DNA of 64,000 bases from a virus. Below the pieces are notes generated by a model. That model did not search any database. It worked only from the letters and a program-made list of their open reading frames with translations, and was not told where the DNA came from. The stretch's first letter is position 1. Each line of letters begins with the position of its first letter. Location of the stretch: positions 1 to 64,000 of IMG/VR virus record IMGVR_UViG_3300030329_003925; one strand, given 5' to 3'. The position numbers and the translations under genes were made by a program. Below, one piece after another: positions 59,968-64,000 of this stretch.

Positions 59968-60622
59968 CGACGATTCCCAATTCCAATGCCTCTTCTGCCG
60001 ACAGATAAACATTGACGTTCTTGTTAATTAGTCTCTTAATTTGCTTTTCGGTCATATTGGTTTCGGCTGCGAGGATCTCGATGTACTGTTTCTGGATCTT
60101 CTCGACCTCTTTCATTTCGTTCTGCATCTGTGCCAAAGCGCCAATGGTCCCAGCCGAAACATTATGAAGCATAACCCTGCAATACTTTCCAATTCGCCGC
60201 TTACCCTTGGTGCCAGCCGCCAATAGTGGTACACCAGCCGACATGACCTTTCCAATGCCCATAGTCTCAATGTCACAGTCTTTGCGTAAAAAGCGCATCA
60301 TATCATAGATGGCGAACATCTCTCTGGCATCGCCACCATTAGTTGAGATAATCATCTCAAATGGCTGAGACACCTTTTCTGTTTCGCCGTCTGAATTCTC
60401 TGTATCCTTAGCCTTATCCTTAAAGCGTGTATCGTGAAGAGCCAGCATACCATAAATTATGTCGCTGGTGTTCTCTTCGGCAATATCTCCAATCACGCCA
60501 ATCTTACGGAGAGGCTCCTTGTCGGCAGGATCTCCCAACAGATCGGTAAGCAAAAGTAAAGGATTGCCGCTCTCCTCTGTCTCTTCTTCTTCAGTTTTCT
60601 CAGCGACCTCAGTATTTGACAT
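59954..60622 (-). CDS. clpP: ClpP-family protease subunit
   Basis: ISTNGG, MSAG (Ser), VMLH (His), YLSAEEALELGIVDEII. Confidence 0.88.
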   Translation of the reverse strand: MSNTEVAEKTEEEETEESGNPLLLLTDLLGDPADKEPLRKIGVIGDIAEENTSDIIYGMLALHDTRFKDKAKDTENSDGETEKVSQPFEMIISTNGGDAREMFAIYDMMRFLRKDCDIETMGIGKVMSAGVPLLAAGTKGKRRIGKYCRVMLHNVSAGTIGALAQMQNEMKEVEKIQKQYIEILAAETNMTEKQIKRLINKNVNVYLSAEEALELGIVDEII

Positions 60623-60631
60623 ACTTTCTCC

Positions 60632-61339
60632 TTAACCAATACGTCGTTCTTTTCCGTTTGTTCCCTCATAGAACACATCGTAGGGAAACTTCTTTGCCCA
60701 CGCCTTCAACTCCGACTCGTCTTCAAAGTCACGAACGAATAGAAGGACGGCTTTTTTGCCTCCCACGCTTGCTCCAGATGCCTGCCATTCGCTTTCGGTG
60801 GCGAGCTTGTTAATCTTGTTGACGATTCGCACGCCATTCTTTGATGATTCAACTTGAAGAGAATAAGTATTCCCTCCACGAAACTGCTTCCATACATATG
60901 CTTTCACGTCTTCCCCCTGTTGTTTCATAATAGTATAACCCCTCTGAGCTAAAAGTCAAGTTCTTTTTTTCTTGGACAATGTATCGAGGTAGCGCAACGC
61001 TTCCTCCCATGTCCCGTATGCTACCTGATCTCTATAACTATTAGGGTATGCCTGAATTATCTTTTTTATCACAGACTCCTGCCAATTTTTCAAAGTCTGG
61101 TCGTCGATTACCTTAACCATCGCGAGTGACTCCTCGTTCGCCCCAGACTTAACCAGAGTGACATACTTTAGCTCTCGCATAAAAGCCATATCCTCTGCGA
61201 CCCCAGCCACAATTTTAAGCGCAGTTATTTCCGCACCCTTGAGAATAAGCATCGATAGCCCAATGTTGGTGAGAAATGCAAACGCCTTAGTAAACGTAAC
61301 GCCCAGCAAGAAAAATAAAAAATAGGTGATGTAAGTCAT
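60632..61339 (-). CDS. Two hypothetical proteins (60956-61339, 60632-60928)
   Basis: ORFs, each preceded by a sigma70-like promoter. Confidence 0.6.
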
Positions 61340-61354
61340 AATCCCTCAAATGAA

Positions 61355-61390
61355 AAGCCACATGAAGATTATAACACCCTCATGTGGCTT
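61355..61390 (-). terminator. Terminator hairpin overlapping a promoter
   Basis: AAGCCACATGA/TCATGTGGCTT followed by a T-run; TTGCAT-17-TATAAT overlaps it. Confidence 0.65.
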
Positions 61391-61413
61391 ATGCAAATTA
61401 TATTTTAATCTTT

Positions 61414-62043
61414 TTACTTACGCGTGATCTTAGTCTTCTTATTTTCCTTCATCGCTGCGCGGAGTCGAGCCGTAACTCTCTTCAAAACCTCAGCCACAAT
61501 TTCTTCATCATCAACCATTTCCACATCAAGCTCGTCACCGCCAACTTCCATATCAACTTCAGCTTCCATGTCATCGACAGCCACATCTTCTGGTCCTGCA
61601 TCGTCGCCACTTTCAACATCAACGGCGATACCATACTTGTCCTCAAGCGCGTCTGCAATCGTAGCCACAATGTCAACCACATCTTCTTCGGAAACATCGC
61701 CGCCCATAGCTTCCTCCGCTCCAAGGTCTGCTTCCAGATCGGCAATCTCATCGCCCTCTGCATCAGCCTCGTGATCTTCTGCACCCAACTCATCTTCAGT
61801 CGCATGGAGTTCGCTCTCTTCTTCGGACTCCTCGTTGACGTAATCAACACGTCCATGACCGGGAGTCTTTGCCAGCGTACCCTCAGCACCGCGCTTTTCT
61901 GCGCCTTTTCGTTTGTCCTCACCGGGTTCTTCTTTCTTCGCGGTATAAGGCTTGTCCTCTACGATAAAATTATCGGTGAGGGCGTCGATATTAGCCAGTT
62001 TCATGAAGCGGCGAATCTGTGCCTCTTTTAGTAATTTACTCAT
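61414..62043 (-). CDS. Very acidic late protein (scaffold/core-like)
   Basis: MSKLLKEAQIRRFMKLANI; D/E-rich; late motif at 62086-62093. Confidence 0.6.
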   Translation of the reverse strand: MSKLLKEAQIRRFMKLANIDALTDNFIVEDKPYTAKKEEPGEDKRKGAEKRGAEGTLAKTPGHGRVDYVNEESEEESELHATEDELGAEDHEADAEGDEIADLEADLGAEEAMGGDVSEEDVVDIVATIADALEDKYGIAVDVESGDDAGPEDVAVDDMEAEVDMEVGGDELDVEMVDDEEIVAEVLKRVTARLRAAMKENKKTKITRK

Positions 62044-62112
62044 TGTTTTTTTCTCTCCTAAAGACCACTTGGGCGGTTTCAGTTATAAATAGTATCGACA
62101 ATTGCTAATTGC

Positions 62113-62448
62113 CTAAAGTTCTGGGTGTTCTTCTTCCAAAATATCGAAAATATTCTCGATTTCATCCTCATTTAAGGCAAATTTGCTCTCAACTTCCCTT
62201 CCCGCAGCTATTAGCTGCCTATTCTTAATTAGGTTGCTCTTACTTTGTTTGCCGCCTTCTTCCATATATTTGTGCAAAAAAGATAAAATATCTTTATCCT
62301 TCGCCAGATAGCCGCTGATGAGGGTTCGAAAAAATTCAGCTTGTGTGAGTTGGTCGTACTTGAGACGAATCTTTAATTCAGCATGTCTTTTGTCTGTATC
62401 GTAGAAAACTATTTTCTTTCCCTCTCGACCATATTTCGGCTCTGCCAT
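62113..62448 (-). CDS. Hypothetical protein
   Basis: 111-aa ORF. Confidence 0.65.
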   Translation of the reverse strand: MAEPKYGREGKKIVFYDTDKRHAELKIRLKYDQLTQAEFFRTLISGYLAKDKDILSFLHKYMEEGGKQSKSNLIKNRQLIAAGREVESKFALNEDEIENIFDILEEEHPEL

Positions 62449-63485
62449 TAGGCTATCCTCTTGATGTGGGTAGTGCTCTCCACCTGACCCGCCGATGTCT
62501 GCTTTATAAAGATAGCTCGCGCTTGTAATTCCCCGATACTTCGCGCACCACTGTAGGACAAGCCGCTTCGTATTCCAACCTCAAGCTCATTTAGGACGTG
62601 CTCGACGTTCCCCTTGTATGGCACCATAGACGCCACCCCCTCAATGGAAGATACTTTGCCTCTCCAATCCTCTTGGGCTTCCTTGCTTGCCATTCCTCGG
62701 TATGCTTTGTAAACTTTGCCATCAACCTTGACTTTTTCAGAAGGAGTCTGATCTGTTCCAGCCAACAAGCTGCCCACCATCACAAGGTCTGCCCCTGCCG
62801 CCAGAGACTTTACAATGTCGCCGCTGTTCTTGATGCCACCATCTGCGATGATTAACGCTCTCCTATCTGTCTGAGCCACGTCCAAGACCGTTTGAAATGT
62901 TGGTACGCCATGACCTGTCTGGATGCGTGTGGAGCAGATAGAGCCGCCACCAATACCACAACGAATAGAATCAGCACCCCAATCTGCAAGATCATTGAAG
63001 CCCTCCAGCGTTGCCACGTTGCCAGCCATGATGTGAACGTGGTCGCCCCACTTATCCCTGATGGATTTGATGGCTCGCTCCATCAGTGTATGATGACCGT
63101 GAGCAACATCCAAACAAACAACATCCACTTGATACTGGTTGAGGGCTTTCACTCTCTCAAGATAATCCCCTGTGATTCCCACTGCTGCGCCAATTACGGG
63201 AACCCCGTCTGTTCTTCGCTTTGTTTCGGCAAGCATCTCAGCCTGCTCTTCAATGGTATTGTATCGGTGGAAGATAGGAAGACCACCAGCTTTAGCCACG
63301 GCAACAGCCATATCTACGCCCACTACCGTATCCATCGGTGATGTCACGACGGGCATCTTGAGCATCATTTTGTTGCCCATCTTGACCGCTAAATTTGTCT
63401 CTCTGCGACTCTTGATCTCGCTATAGCGAGGTTCCAGAAGCACGTCATCAAAACTCAGCGCCTCGCTCATCTTCCAATTCGCCAT
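62448..63485 (-). CDS. IMP dehydrogenase/GMP reductase family, no CBS domains
   Basis: [43 protein letters not shown]. Confidence 0.92.
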   Translation of the reverse strand: MANWKMSEALSFDDVLLEPRYSEIKSRRETNLAVKMGNKMMLKMPVVTSPMDTVVGVDMAVAVAKAGGLPIFHRYNTIEEQAEMLAETKRRTDGVPVIGAAVGITGDYLERVKALNQYQVDVVCLDVAHGHHTLMERAIKSIRDKWGDHVHIMAGNVATLEGFNDLADWGADSIRCGIGGGSICSTRIQTGHGVPTFQTVLDVAQTDRRALIIADGGIKNSGDIVKSLAAGADLVMVGSLLAGTDQTPSEKVKVDGKVYKAYRGMASKEAQEDWRGKVSSIEGVASMVPYKGNVEHVLNELEVGIRSGLSYSGARSIGELQARAIFIKQTSAGQVESTTHIKRIA

Positions 63486-63486
63486 A

Positions 63487-63999
63487 TTATTCTCCTCGTA
63501 ATTCTTTACAAATCGTGTGTGTTATCAACGCCGTCACCAAGTAAGGATCGCAGTTAGCATTGGGTCGCCTATCCTCAATATACCCCACGCCTTCGCGTGC
63601 AACTTGATATGGGATACGCACCGACGCTCCTCGATCCGAGACTCCCCATCGGAAGTCTTCATGAGAGCACGTTTCATGCAGCCCCGTCAGGCGCTCCTCA
63701 ATTCCGTGACCATAGTTAGAAATGTGCATTTGGGCGCTTCCTCGTAATGCCTCGGCTGCTTTCTCATACAGACCCTCTTGTGTACGCATAGCAAGGGTGC
63801 TGAAATTCGTGTGACACCCCGCGCCGTTCCAGTCACCCTTCACTGGCTTGCCTTCCCACGAAACAGTGACTCCGTACTTCTCTGCCACCCTCTCAAGCAA
63901 ATAGCGAGCCACCCACAACTGGTCCGACACCATTAGCGGTCCAAGAGGACCAACCTGAAACTCCCATTGACCGGGCATTACTTCGGCATTGATGCCGCT
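63487..63999 (-). CDS. glnII: Glutamine synthetase type II, 5' end outside window
   Basis: INAEVMPGQWEFQVGP, GDWNGAGCHTNFST, RLTGLHET, RGASVRIP, EDRRP. Confidence 0.93.
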   Translation of the reverse strand, partial: SGINAEVMPGQWEFQVGPLGPLMVSDQLWVARYLLERVAEKYGVTVSWEGKPVKGDWNGAGCHTNFSTLAMRTQEGLYEKAAEALRGSAQMHISNYGHGIEERLTGLHETCSHEDFRWGVSDRGASVRIPYQVAREGVGYIEDRRPNANCDPYLVTALITHTICKELRGE

Positions 64000-64000
64000 A

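Larger units (their letters stand above)
321..62093 (-). promoter_or_regulatory. Recurrent late-type motif CTANTTA (mostly ACTATTTA) on the coding strand
   Basis: Copies at 321, 1409, 1978, 3209, 7398, 8742, 9055, 16627, 21157, 24897, 27668, 28422, 28747, 30807, 31992, 49969, 52218, 53687, 62086, each 4-45 nt upstream of a start codon. Confidence 0.75.

Noticed and set aside
1-64000. Stop-codon reassignment
   Set aside because: Conserved genes are full length in code 11, all three stop codons end genes, and no suppressor tRNA was found.
53758-64000. Cellular chromosome origin of the housekeeping-like block
   Set aside because: The genes lack their usual operon partners, are interleaved with phage-type late genes, and share the single-strand layout. 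This cannot be fully excluded without hallmark genes.

Overview
This 64-kb window looks like part of a large (jumbo-type) tailed-phage genome. Every credible gene lies on the minus strand, densely packed in genetic code 11. No terminase, major capsid or polymerase gene falls in the window, so the viral call is an inference from gene content and organisation. Three zones are visible. (1) About 0.3-32 kb and 47.7-53.7 kb are late/virion-type. They are marked by a CTANTTA upstream motif and carry a tail fibre, an amidase endolysin, holin candidates and more than 20 proteins with one of two short N-terminal tags ending in (L/I)xE. The tags are fused to diverse enzymes: CCA-adding enzyme, 2H phosphoesterase, Tpt1/ART-like, PPase-like, HAD nucleotidase, HhH glycosylase-like and nucleotidyltransferases. 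(2) About 33-47.6 kb is early-type. It has sigma70-like promoters, a MoxR-vWA pair, about 20 small KVGDLV (KOW/SH3-like) paralogs joined by conserved overlapping junctions, a strand-polarised TTTGTAAC motif, three tRNAs and three unexplained structured RNA candidates. (3) About 53.7-64 kb is a middle/host-function block: Hsp20, GroEL, ClpP, a Mom-like DNA modifier, IMPDH/GMPR-like and glutamine synthetase II. A tmRNA, two more tRNAs, a Flp pilin and a TadE-like pseudopilin sit in the first 2 kb. The most promising undescribed system is a putative capsid-targeted enzyme payload that includes a near-complete tRNA repair kit. All assignments come from motifs read by eye; no database searches were run.
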